From Pecten maximus (Eukaryota), in the NCBI RefSeq assembly GCF_902652985.1, contig NC_047030.1, positions 24,428,001-24,492,000 on the forward strand: a DNA stretch of 64,000 nt, given 5' to 3'. Under the pieces are notes generated by a model. The model ran no database searches and was not told where the DNA came from. It was given only the letters and a program-made list of their open reading frames with translations. Both the position numbers and the translations under genes were made by a program. Positions 52,455 through 64,000 of the stretch are shown here, piece after piece. Numbering within the stretch: position 1 is the stretch's first letter; every line of letters starts with the position of its first letter.

Positions 52455-55400
52455 ACCCCCCACCACCACCACCACCACCACCAACCCAATTTACCATAAG
52501 ATCAATAATTTATGATTATCATTAACAAAATTATCTATAAACAGATTGTCTTTGTGTGATATCTGGTTTCTACAACCACACACCGAAATTTTCAAAATGT
52601 CGAAAACATAGCGAAGTTTCCCAATTAGGAGTTGGGGCCAATACATATTTAAAAAAAAAACTAAATAAGCTTAAAGCTTTTTCTTACAGAGTGATAGATC
52701 AATAAAACCCTAAACACCTGTTACACCTGATACAATCATAACCAATCAACTCACACTTTCTGACAGAGGATCCGAGAAGCTGATTAGGAACTCGGTGTCG
52801 ACCTTTCCAGGTATAGTGGGCTGCCAAATGATCTCCAGTTTTACAGAGGAAAATGGCTCCAGCTCTCCAGCGGCCATTGCACCGACCTTCATTCCGTCAA
52901 GGGCTCCGTAGTCTTCATGATCACTAACCGCTAGTTCAGGGGACTCAGCCATAACTACAGAGGTACAAAATAATGAATAAAGTGGACAGAGAAAAGTACA
53001 ATTAATGCTATCTACTACTTGTATAAGCTCTGAGAACTTGGCAATAACTGGACATAGAAAGGTACAAATTAATGCTATCTACCTTACTTGTATAAGCTTA
53101 AAGGATTAGGCAATAACTGGAGATGCACAGGTACAATTGAAGTTATCTAACCCTTTTTTTTTATATGTTTAGAGGACTTGATAAAAACTTGAGATTTACA
53201 GGTACAAATTAACATCAGTTGATCATGTAAGTATGTACAGTGTAGCTTTGAGAATATATTCTCAATTGTTTTGAAGTTTTCCAACTTGATATTCATTTCC
53301 AACTTAATTATATACATGTATATTCAAAGATAAAAAATTGATTTTGACATTTGAGAATGCACTTGAAGCTAAAGCTTAATTAAGACATTCAAAACAAGAC
53401 CATGCTGCTTTTTTCTGAATATAAAAAAATAGTGAAGTCATTCCATTTCTTGTTTCTATAGAATTGATCAAGAATATAAACTTTATGTAAGAAAACAAGC
53501 ATGCTGCATATTGCTAAAGCAATACATGTCCCCTACTAGCCAGCAGTACCCTCTAAAAATAGTAACAGTGACTTTGACCTTGACCCAAAATCCCTGAAAC
53601 TTGAAGTTGATCTGTAGCTGCTCATATTGGAGTTACATACCAACTTTCACAAACATACTAAGAAGCTTGGCTGAGAAAAGGGTGTAAAACTGAGTGGACG
53701 GACAGACTAACAGACAGACAAACAGACCCATTTCACCAGTAGGGGATTAATAAACTAATTGTAACCAAAAACCTTTTAACTTCTAATAATATATTCTTTT
53801 CTGAGAATTCTATTCATGGAATGAATTTACACCAAGTTAATGTTTTCAGTCCTACCATTCTCTTCACCCTCTGCAGGTTGCTCTCCCTCTACAGCGCTCA
53901 GTCCCTCGGCCTGGTGCCCTTCCTCCGACCCACCTCCCACATCTTGGCTTGCTTTGTCCAGTTCTGAAAATGTCATCCATTCTTTTCAGTTTATTTCTTC
54001 TCATGATTGAAATTACCTTCAGACACAATTATAGCTGTAAACAAGTTGTATCTTATGGTTCCATTTTTGTTTCAGTTTTTGACTGGTAGCAGCATAACAA
54101 AAGATTAAAATTTTTATTTCAAACTATAACTGGAATCATTCTTCATTCATGTAGTAAAATTGACTTTTTTTTTATATAACTGAAATTAATTTCATATGAA
54201 AGCATCCATGTCCAATTCCATTATATGTGTAGTATAAACTACAATTTGTGAAAAAAAAATCCTAAAATTACTTTGAAATAATTAATACTATTAGTCTCAG
54301 GATAAGACAACCTGGTATTTGTACTAGACTAGTACATACCATCTAAGGCCTTTTTGGCAGGTGGCTGTTCCTTGGCATCTTTCTTGACCATCACAGACGC
54401 AGAATCTGGACTATTAGCCTGGGTAGTGTCAGCAGTCGTCTGTAAATCCAAATTATTAGTACAGATCACCAGGTGAGAATACATGTATTTCACATCAGGA
54501 TAAATAATCACTTAAATTTGCTGGATTATGAAAGTAATTTACTAGAATTTAAATAGGACAATAAGATTCTAAATAAACAAATTCAAGATGTATATTTGGT
54601 AAATATAAGTTTGTGTTGTTAATTCTATTCCTTTCTATCCATCACAATAACATACAAGTCTTCCAAGAGATGTTTCTGCTGCACTTTCTGACCTCTGCTT
54701 TGACCCTGTGACCTTGAAGAACTCAAATTTTGTCCCTAGAGCACCTTTGTTGGTTAGGGTAAATGTACGTTTCAGAGTTTCTCCGATGACCGTGGTTCCA
54801 AACTCGATCACACTCGTGTCCACCGAAAGCTATATTACGGGAAAAAGAAAAGATTCTGAATGATAAATTACATTTTTATTAATAAGTACTATATGAGTCT
54901 ATATGGTAAGTATATAATTTACTGTGTGTTACTTTACTGGATCTGTATCAGTATAATAGGAATGAGAAACTGGTGTGAGTTTCCAAGATGGCTGCCATCC
55001 ACACAATATGTACAGATCTAGACTGTTTTATTTTTCTGGTTCAGTGCGAAAATGTTCTAAAAATGTGTCATATCTGAACAGGTCAATTATTTATTAATTA
55101 AATTGAAAAATGTACATAATTTATTTATTTCCATAAATAAATAAAGACTTCCCATCTTGTTTTTCACATAAAGTACACTTACAAGACAAATGAACAATTA
55201 GTTCCACCATCTTGGATGCAGGTGATACATTTCATGAAAGAAAACATATACACCAGCAAACCGATTCCATTCAGCTTGTACAACATATATGTTCCATTAA
55301 CAGTACAGCATATTTGTAGTAGTACAAATAGTATGAACTTATTAAAGTAACCTACAAATAGTAACATTTATGTCCTCTAGATAAATATATATAACAAAAT

Positions 55401-58400
55401 GAATTAAAATACTAAAATTAAATTGTAATTTCTAATTGTGCATGTGAATATTCCAAATGCATGGCAGTGTAAAACAAGTTAATTTATTTCCTGGCAGATT
55501 CAAGAGATTAATCTTAAAAACTGAGAAAAGTATTGAATTCAAATTAACAAATTATCTCCCTTTATTAGACAGCTACATGTACATGTATGAGCAGTAGAAA
55601 GCTTACATCACATTTCTTGGTGCTGCAGTGCAGTGGGATGGAGAATGGGCCGGTCTGTGACAGGAAATTCACCTCCCCCACTAAATCCTCATTGATCTGA
55701 AACATACAGGCACATCAGCATCATATTCATTAATTAATCCAATATTTGGCAAAAAAAATTCAGTTCTCTTCACGTCTTCCCTAAACCTCAGTATACATCT
55801 ATTTTCTCTCGCAATCTCTACATCATTTTTTTCTCACCACTCAATTCAACTTACAACAATTCTTTCTCACCCTCAGCCTGTAAATTTAATTTTCACTTTC
55901 TATCAACCAAAATCAATTATTGTTTACCCCAGCCTACAGGTACATCAATTCTCTCTTAACCCCATCCTAAATCAATTCTGCCTTACCAGTACCTTCAGTC
56001 TACATCAATTCTCTCTTACCCTCAGCCTACATTATCTCCCTCTTACCCTCAGCCTACACCAATTCTCTCTTACCCCCATCCTAAATCAATTCTCCCTTAC
56101 CAGTACATTCAGCCTCTATCAATTCTCTCTTACCCTCAGCCTACATCAAATCTCTAACCCTCAACCTATCTCAATTCTCTCTTACCCCCAACCTACATCA
56201 GTTCTCTATACATCCAACCAATATCAATTCTCTCTTACACTCAGTCTATATCAATTCTCTCTTACCCCCAACCTACATCAGTTCTCTATACATCCAACCA
56301 ATAGCAATTCTCTCTTACCCTCAGTCTATATCAATTCTCTCTTACCCTCAACCTATATCAATTCTCTCTTTTCCTCAGTCTATATCAATTCTCTCTTACC
56401 TCAGCCTACATTAATTCTAACTTTTCCTCAGCCTCTATCAATTCTCTCTTACCCTCAGCCTACATCAAATCTCTAACCCTCAGCCTATCTCAAGTCTCTC
56501 TTACCCCTAGCCTACATCAGTTCTCTATACATCCAACCAATATCAATTCTCTTTTCCTCAGCCTATATCAATTCTCTCTTTTCCTGCCTATATCAATTCT
56601 CTATACATCCAAAAATATCAATTCTCTCTTACCCCCAACCTATTTCAATTATCTTTAGTTCCAACCAATATCAATTTCAACTCTCAACCCCAAGCCTATA
56701 TTTTCTTACTCTCAGCCTACATCAATTCTCTCTTTCCCTCAGCCTACATTAATTCTCACTAACAGATACCTTCAGCCTACATTAATCCTAGCTTACCGAT
56801 ACCCTCAGCCTACATTAATCCTCACTTACTGATACCCTCAGCCTACATTAATCCTCACTTACCGATACCCTCAGCCTACATAATTTCTCTTTTACGCTCA
56901 ACCTACATCAATTGTCTCTTACCCCCAACCAATATCAAGTCTCTTTTATTCACAGCCTACATCAATTTTCTCTTTATCTCTGCCTACATCAATTCTCCCT
57001 TACTGATACCCTCAGCCTATATTAATCATCTCTTACCCTCAACCTGCAACAATTTTCTCTCACTCTCAGCCTATATACATCAATCCTCTCTTACCCTCAG
57101 CCTATACTAATCCTCTCTTACCCTCAGCCTATACTAATCATCACTTACCCTCAGCCTATATCAATCCTCTCTTACCCTCAGCCTATATCAATCCTCTCTT
57201 ACCCTCAGCCTATACTAATCATCTCTTACCCTCAGCCTATACTAATCATCTCTTACCCTCAGCCTATACTAATCATCTCTTACCCTCAGCCTATACTAAT
57301 CATCTCTTACCCTCAGCCTATACTAATCATCTCTTACCCTCAGCCTATACTAATCATCTCTTACCCTCAGCCTATACTAATCATCTCTTACCCTCAGCCT
57401 ATATCAATCCTCTCTTACCCTCAGCCTATACTAATCATCTCTTACCCTCAGCCTATACTAATCATCTCTTACCCTCAGCCTATACTAATCATCTCTTACC
57501 CTCAGCCTATATCAATCCTCTCTTACCCTCAGCCTATACTAATCATCTCTTACCCTCAGCCTATACTAATCATCTCTTACCCTCAGCCTATATCAATCCT
57601 CTCTTACCCTCAGCCTAGACTAATCGCCTGATTTGTTCACTTACCATTGGTTTGAAGGTAACAAGCATCTCACATGTGAGACCGGCAGACATCTGACCTG
57701 GGGGGTCAAACCTACAGATAAAGAAAATGACCTTAGGTTAATTCAATGTGTACATATTATTATATTAATTTGTTTTCCCCTTTGGACTTTTTTTATTGGT
57801 TTTTCAGTAACTTTAACATTTTGAATTCAGCAAACTTTAAATTAACTTTTAATTGACTTTGTGAATACGCTAACTATATATATATATATATATAGACTTG
57901 ATAAAGGGATATAACTCATGAAATATAAAGAACATATTGTTAGAATCCATAACGTTACCAAAAAAATGTAATGTTCACGTTTTTAACTTAAAATATAAGG
58001 ATCAACATTTCATACATCATTTTTGAACATGTTATTGTAGTCATTTGAAAAAAAACATGAGAGGATTTGCTGTTGGTTTTATAAATGAGATCAATTTTGA
58101 ATTAAATAATTACTAATAATAGTAAAACAATCATAAAGCTTTGAATTAGCTCCAAGTACGTATTCAATTACTAACACTAAAACTTACACAATCTCTATGA
58201 AGTCCTTGAGGCGCTCCGTGATGTTGATGTACCGACAGTAGTTGACTGTATAGGACACATTGGTTAGAGTGACCCTCTTCTTGTACGTGTGTCCCACGAC
58301 AAAATCCTGTGAATAAAAAGAAGTAGATACATTAATTTATAAAATAGATATAATAGTAAATGATTAAATAAAATTATCCCTATAAGTTACCATGTAAGCA

Positions 58401-61400
58401 TCTCCATAATTAGGAGTCTTATATAACTTCTAGGGGAATGAGAAAACATACAGATGGATTTCAGAATTCCAGCACTGAAGTCTTTATACAGTAGAAAAAG
58501 AGCTGAGTATGTTTCAATGTAAATCACTTATACAATTCGTGTGGGATTTATTTTTGCGTTAATATTCATGAAAAGTCAAACGCAAACTCAAATCCTTGGT
58601 GATTATTTGATTATTTGTACGAAAAAACACCTGGGCCCAGTTGTTCAAAATGTGATTAAGCTAATCGCATTTTACAACATTTTTCAAATTCTGATATTAT
58701 AATTTCTGGAAGAACTAGCTTGTCAAAACTTTATGAAATTCTGTAATTCTTAATTCTCTTCCAACTAGCATAATTCAAAGAGGATATACTGACACAGATT
58801 TTGCAACAAATGAGAAATGAAATTTTCACTAATCAAGTGATTAAGCTAATCACTTTTTGAACAACTGGGCCCTGGAAGACGACGAGGCTGTCTGTTATCA
58901 ATGCAGGAGTCCAACTTGACTCTAACAGATCATTATTCGTGGTTTTTAATGTCAGACTTTAAATATAGATCAGCATTCATAAAATCATGTATATAAGAAT
59001 ATATCTAAAGAGGTTAACACACCTTGAAGTGTATGACATCGGGCTTGCTATAAAACGGACATCCCTGGAACTCTCGGCCTGCAGCTACCTGTTTGAGGAT
59101 GATACCAGACCGATGTTTGTCCAGAACCTTTGTCATTATCTCCTGGAAATAGAAAAATAAATGAAAAGTGAGTTATATGTGTATTGCGTTCAAAAATTTT
59201 TTTATTTTGGTTAAAAGTTTTTAAATTTTTTTTTTTTTGTTCATCAAAATATTTGTTAGCCAATACTCTACTTGCTGAAAAATAAACAAAACAATACATT
59301 TAGTCTCTTAAAAAGTTGTTCTTCACAAATGGTTGTGAATCAAATAAAATTTGATAACAAATTACTTTAATTCCTGAAACATACACTATACATTAAGTCA
59401 CTGACAAAGTTCATCATTTCTTTCAATAAATTCTATAATGTCATATATAAGATCCAAAATTATTGCAATTAAAAAGTGATGAAAAAAGAGATCTCATGTC
59501 TCTGTACAAAATGTACAATGCATGAAATTATGAAAAAAAACAAGACCATCTTACTCTGTCCATCTTGGTTGCACCCGGTAGCTTGAGTGTTGACTCTGAG
59601 TCCTTGGGAACCTTGTATGGCTTGTGTTGATCCCACAGACCCTCAAACTCTGGCTCAGCTAAATCTAACTTCAGCTCTTCTGTTTGGAATAATGAAATAA
59701 GAATTTTATTAGAAAATGTACTTATTCTAATATACCCAGGCGATGTACAAATTAAATAGAGTTTAATTATATATAAATATTAGCTGATACTATGTAGTCT
59801 GAAAATAGAACCTAACAAAACCTTAAATTCTCCAGAATGATGTACATTGTATTTCACTAACCATCAATCTATATATAGAATATCTAAAAGTAAAAAGTCT
59901 ATTTTAGCCCTAAGATGCCCTTTACTAACCATCAATCTATGTATATATAGAATATCAAAGAGTAAAAAAAGTCTATATAACTCTAAGATGTTCTTTACTA
60001 ACCATGAATCTATATACATATGTATAGAATATCTAAGAGTAAGTCTATATAAGCCCTAAGATGTTCTTTACTAACCATGAATCTATATATAGAATATCTA
60101 AGAGTAAGTCTATATAAGCCCTAAGATGTCCTTTACTAACCATGAATCTATATATAGAATATCTAAGAGTAAGTCTATATAAGCCCTAAGATGTCCTTTA
60201 CTAACCATCACTCTCAGCATCACTTGAGTCACTGGAGTCAGGGAGAGGGGTCGGCTTCTCCACCTCAGAATCTTTGGTCAGAGCATCCACCTCTCGGTCA
60301 GCTGCATCTTCGGCCATCTTCTGTAAGGTTCAGAACAATAATATGTTCTGGAGATCGCTCAATCACTTCTCAAACGTTTTAAAATGTTTGTGGTTGCCAG
60401 ATCATATGTGTTCATTTTTTAAAACCGAGGGAATGAAAAAAGATATACACTGTATATGAAATGGTTATACATCAATACAGATGTGTCCTATTGTCCAAAT
60501 TGGGACTAATTAAATGTTTAATTAAAAATGTTCATATCTCAAAACCTTAAAGATAATTCATTATGCATACATTTTTGACAACCCAATATATGGGACAAAG
60601 GTTTTGGATGTAACAGTATCAATGTATATACATGTATATATAAAAAAATCCACATTAAATGTAAAAACATAAAAATAAAGAACGCAAAAAAAACCCAAAA
60701 AATCCCAAAAAACTTAATAAAAAAAATGCTCCTTTCAAACTTAATGTTGAAATATAATTTCACCTAATATTCTTGACATTCGTACTTTGAGTACAGAAAT
60801 GAATTTATCAAACTTCCATACTATATAACAATTGTACAAAATAACGTCAAAGATTATATAGATTTCGATATTTTTGTTAACAATTTTGTTAATTATTCAA
60901 TCCATTCATGAAAGGCATGTTGTTCTATTTGTCTCCTATATGGCAAATTAAAAATATCATACAAAGGGAGATAATAATTTATTACTGTGATCAGAATGTT
61001 AATATACCTCAATCTCAGCCATGTCAAATCTGACCCCGCCAGCTTCTGTCTCATCAAACAACGAGGTTCCATCCATCTCCTTAAATACCCTCAGAGGTTT
61101 TTTCTTCATTGGTCCCACAATCTGAGATTGATATGATTACAGCATAATTTTAATTGTAAACACATTTTGATCGAATTTAAGATAATTATCTTTAATGATA
61201 AAAGTTAACATATTTATTTGGGAGGGGGGGGGGGGGGGGAGGATGTATTGGAAAATATAAGGTATATAATTTATACAGGATCACATTACTGTACATATTT
61301 TAGTGGTAACCTTATTTAAGCAATTTTTCATGCTGGAAGAATTTCATTAAATTTTGATTGAGCTAAATGTAGTGTATCAAACCAACAATGGTTTATATGG

Positions 61401-63627
61401 CGAGCATTGTCAATGTGCTAATTTATAATTATGCTAATTCATTTTAATTAGCTTTTATGCTAAAATTTGAGCACGCCAAAAAAGTATGCTTACAGTATCT
61501 TATGCTTTATCTAGACAAGAAAGACATTTCAGCATAAAATTAGACAATTTGTAGGTCATTTCAGCATAAAATTAGACAATTTGTAGCTGTAGTGTTTAAT
61601 GTCAATCAGTCACTCGTACAGGAACAGAATCTCATCTAGTAATGAAGACAATGTGGTTTGATTCATCTGCAGTCATTGTTGTCAAGGGACATAACTCACA
61701 CGGGAAAGACTATCCAGAGCATGAATAACTTACAATGCTTATAATAGAACAGTAGAGTAAACAGAAGTATCCTTAACAACAGTTACTGATTGTTAAAAAA
61801 AGTAATAGTGACATTAAAATTTTATTGGGTTTTTTTTTTTTACCTTTGTCTTTTCCTTCTGAGGGTCAACCCATAAATTGGGTAACTGTTTCTTCCTTTT
61901 CCGCATGCGATCTTCCTCCAACAGGATTTTATCCATAATGGCTGCCTGTTTAGATTTCTGGTCCAGATGAAAATCCCTGCAGCAAGATACATGATATATA
62001 GTATAATTATCTGTAATTCATTTTAATGGACCTAGTCTTAACTGTCAATCATTTGTACTATGGTATTAGGGATAAATCTATGCCTATAATTTAGTAGTAT
62101 GGCAGCATTTCCCAAAGGCTGTGTTAATCTCCTAAAATAAAACTCCAAAAATTGAAAATAATTTAAAAGTTTTCTTGCAGTAAGTGAATTAAAAGAAACC
62201 TAATTGTAGGAAATCTGGTTAAACCCATCTTCGCTAACCAAGGCTTCTGATTACGTTACACTCCACGAACCCCTTGGCATATACAGTGGTCGTCAGTTCT
62301 GGCCCTCTAGTACTAGTAGAGATTCGAAATTACCACGTCTCTTTACACATGAAATATTTTACCAATCAAAACGAACATTACCGATACTTCATCTGTGATG
62401 TTTACAAACACACATGGAGGCTCGTGTCATTTTGATGAGATATGTGATCAATAACTTCTATCAATTGATTAAACACAGGGTGCGACAGTTTAAACACGAC
62501 TATATCTGCCATGGGTTCGTAATCGTAACGTAATCAGAAGCCATGGCTTGTGAAGATGGATTAAACCATGTCAACATAAAACAAATATGTCTCACAAAAA
62601 ATGTTTTTTCTATTTTTTTTTACATTTTGAGAAAATATATACAGTGTTGTTATATTATTTCATTTGACATCATGCGATTTATTCAGATTTTCCTAAAAAT
62701 TCAATGATTTGTGGAACTGCGTTTCAACAACTTCAATAGGTTTACTGTACGAACGTTTTAGCACGCTCAACATCCTGGATGCGTTTACGGATGAGCATGA
62801 CCTCATCTGGGTTTCCACCTTCTGACAATATCCTGCGTCTTTCTAGCTCCTCCTTCTGTTTCTCCTCCTTTTCCATGGCTTTGTCCCGAGCATGAAGTGC
62901 CTTCAGATTTTCCTACAAAAATTACAAATAATTAATAAATTTCTTCTTCAAATTAATCAGTCTCACAAAAAAAACACTTGAACATCAGGACATACATACT
63001 CTGTTTGCTGTGACCTATAGCTAGCTATAGGTGAAAAACGAGTGTGTTACCACTGTGCTACATGACCTCCGCTGTTATAGATATGATGTAACCATAACAC
63101 ACAGTGATGACATTTCATTTCACCTGAAGAGCTTGCTCTCAAAGCATGTGAAGGCGCTTGTGATTTTCTGGTTTGTGTTTTTTATTATTATTAATATTAT
63201 ATATATATATATATATATTCATCGAGTACAACTATGACAGGAAATTCAAATCTATATCTTCAGATCACCAATACATAGTGCATATGATATACAATGTATT
63301 GTGCTAAATATTTGATATATAACATAGTAACACAAATTGACGAAGGAAGACAACTTTATGACTGGTGCCCTGACCGGGCCTCGAACTCATGATCTACGGC
63401 ACCCAATCGCCTAGCCAGAAATACCCGCAGCTTATACAACTGTGCCACATTGGCGTTCTAAAAAAAAAAGAACGTTTTAATGGCACAGTGATAGGCCTGC
63501 TATTCTGCCAGTGTGTATACATACTCTGTTTGCTGTTATATCTCCTTTCAGTTTCAGCAGCATGTCCATCTTTTTCTGCATGTTCTCTTTGTAGCGGATA
63601 TTTTCTTCCTCTTGACGCACTTTATGC
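34102..63627 (-). CDS. CFAP74: Cilia- and flagella-associated protein 74 (3' 34 exons, ~1437 aa; 5' end beyond window)
   Basis: Exons 63627-63525, 62912-62746 (or 62755), 61976-61844, 61121-61008, 60320-60206, 59679-59555, 59142-59023, 58306-58188, 57711-57645, 55696-55607, 54829-54656, 54439-54340, 53963-53856, 52954-52755, 52324-52203, 51389-51261, 51092-51005, 50589-50416, 49612-49479, 48905-48730, 48201-48101, 47766-47611, 47117-46969, 46581-46456, 46004-45839, 45150-45031, 40574-40413, 40034-39905, 39742-39588, 39303-39174, 38424-38297, 35399-35331, 35112-35047, 34200-34102; all phase-consistent. Coiled coil then ASH/Ig-like repeats, with recognised peptides GCPFYSKPDVIHFKDF, FDPPGQMSAGLTC, LSQTGPFSIPLHCSTKKC, DLRICMYDRLYQD, LPKTGYIQAQSQFSAQLKFLPR, VQPDDGFGTLLPLET and THPVPRIGKG. 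Confidence 0.93.
38498..39020. repeat. ~109-bp intronic tandem repeat, ~4.7 copies
   Basis: cagctaaaatgtgatatcataaatgaacaaagggcaataactct...cttcacacaaacaccttgaataaaaaatagctccctatt repeated. Confidence 0.93.
40899..41283. mobile_element. MITE with ~33-bp imperfect TIRs
   Basis: atccgtgtgttcctttatcgggtttgtaccagtt ... aactggtacgaacatgataaaggaatgcatggaat; internal inverted ccaagatggc / gccatcttgg. Confidence 0.7.
43176..43780. repeat. 48-bp intronic minisatellite, ~12 copies
   Basis: attaatgttattccattttcggctgatatacccatcccttatttaaag repeated. Confidence 0.95.
46631..46784 (-). mobile_element. Internally deleted copy of the tRNA-derived SINE at 48367-48594
   Basis: Shares head and tail with the 48.4 kb copy but lacks the central ccggagtaccgggagaaaaaccacc core. 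Confidence 0.85.
48367..48594 (-). mobile_element. Full-length tRNA-derived SINE (Meta/MESC-like core) with TSD
   Basis: On - strand: GGGGCCACAGTGGCTGAGTGGCTAAG (A box), AGTTCGAAACC (B box), core GGTTTTTCTCCCGGTACTCCGGCTTTCCTCC, (AAACC)n tail; TGAGTTA on both sides. Confidence 0.88.
50030..50380. mobile_element. Tc1/mariner-type MITE (TA-flanked)
   Basis: tactgtatcgccagttattttcgcgg ... ccgcgaaaataaccggctataccgta inverted ends. Confidence 0.75.
53494..53752 (+). mobile_element. HINE/pearl-like element
   Basis: AACAAG start, gtcccctact...gtagggga subterminal inverted repeat, tgaccttgacc core and GACA microsatellite near the 3' end. Confidence 0.7.
55850..57622. repeat. 27-bp intronic minisatellite (homogeneous 57075-57620, degenerate below)
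   Basis: ctcttaccctcagcctatactaatcat repeated. Confidence 0.95.
58634..58871. mobile_element. PIF/Harbinger-type MITE with 3-bp TSD CTG
   Basis: ggcccagttgttcaaaatgtgatta ... taatcactttttgaacaactgggcc, with CTG on both sides. Confidence 0.85.
59845..60208. repeat. 65-bp tandem repeat overlapping a CFAP74 splice donor, ~5.5 copies
   Basis: ctaagatgtcctttactaaccatgaatctatatatagaatatctaagagtaagtctatataagcc repeated. Confidence 0.92.
62225..62559. mobile_element. MITE with ~70-bp imperfect TIRs
   Basis: ccatcttcgctaaccaaggcttctgattacgttac...acgaacccc vs gggttcgtaatcgtaacgtaatcagaagccatggcttgtgaagatgg, with ttaaac on both flanks. Confidence 0.82.
63330..63452 (-). mobile_element. tRNA-derived SINE fragment
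   Basis: On - strand: gtggcacagttgtataag (A-box-like) and gagttcgaggcccggtcagggca (B-box/T-arm-like). Confidence 0.55.
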
Positions 63628-64000
63628 CTGAAATGTAAATTTTACATACTTGACATTTAGACAATGTTTCCTCTCAATTTTCCATCTTCTTGCCTGATAA
63701 TCAATCCCATTACTGCATGTTAGTCTTAAAGTTTTAGAACATTGAATGACAGCAGGGATTCAAGGTTTCCGAATGATGGTAATTGATTTTGTTAAACAAA
63801 TTCTTACAATTTCAAAGGTTTGTCCATTTTACATGAGTTTGCATACTTCAGTCATGTAGATGCTTAGTATTTGTATTCTTAGTTATGGTATACATGTATT
63901 TTGCTGGAAATAATGTGATCAATGACTGTCAAAAATGGTCTGATTAATATCAAACTGGTTCAGATAGAAAAACAAGCATATACTGAGTATCGCTTAAGTA

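Overview
AT-rich, intron-rich eukaryotic genomic DNA. The repeat families suggest a bivalve mollusc; this is inference and the species cannot be called. Three spliced protein-coding genes were reconstructed by hand with GT-AG junctions. (1) A + strand F5/8-type-C (discoidin)-PAN/apple-C-type-lectin gene (8616-12896): its first exon was not found and exon 3 carries a +1 frameshift. (2) A - strand ~1350-aa zinc-finger gene (29135-18102) with repeated atypical Cys/His zinc-cluster modules N-terminal to an AT-hook and 11 C2H2-type fingers. (3) The 3' 34 exons of CFAP74 on the - strand (63627-34102; the 5' end lies beyond the window). Mobile and repetitive DNA includes a decayed CR1/L2-group LINE with a 2A-like motif, LINE and Penelope-like relics, Helentron-associated (HINE/pearl-like) elements, one of which carries a ~157-bp satellite, tRNA-derived SINEs, several MITEs and many minisatellites. 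The most notable observations are a miniature LTR retrotransposon (TRIM) whose LTRs each contain a tRNA-like Pol III unit plus two related LTR relics, the exon-duplicated zinc-cluster modules, candidate frame-preserving microexons in CFAP74, minisatellites built from splice junctions, and an intronic pseudoknot/switch-like element. All calls are by eye; no searches were run.
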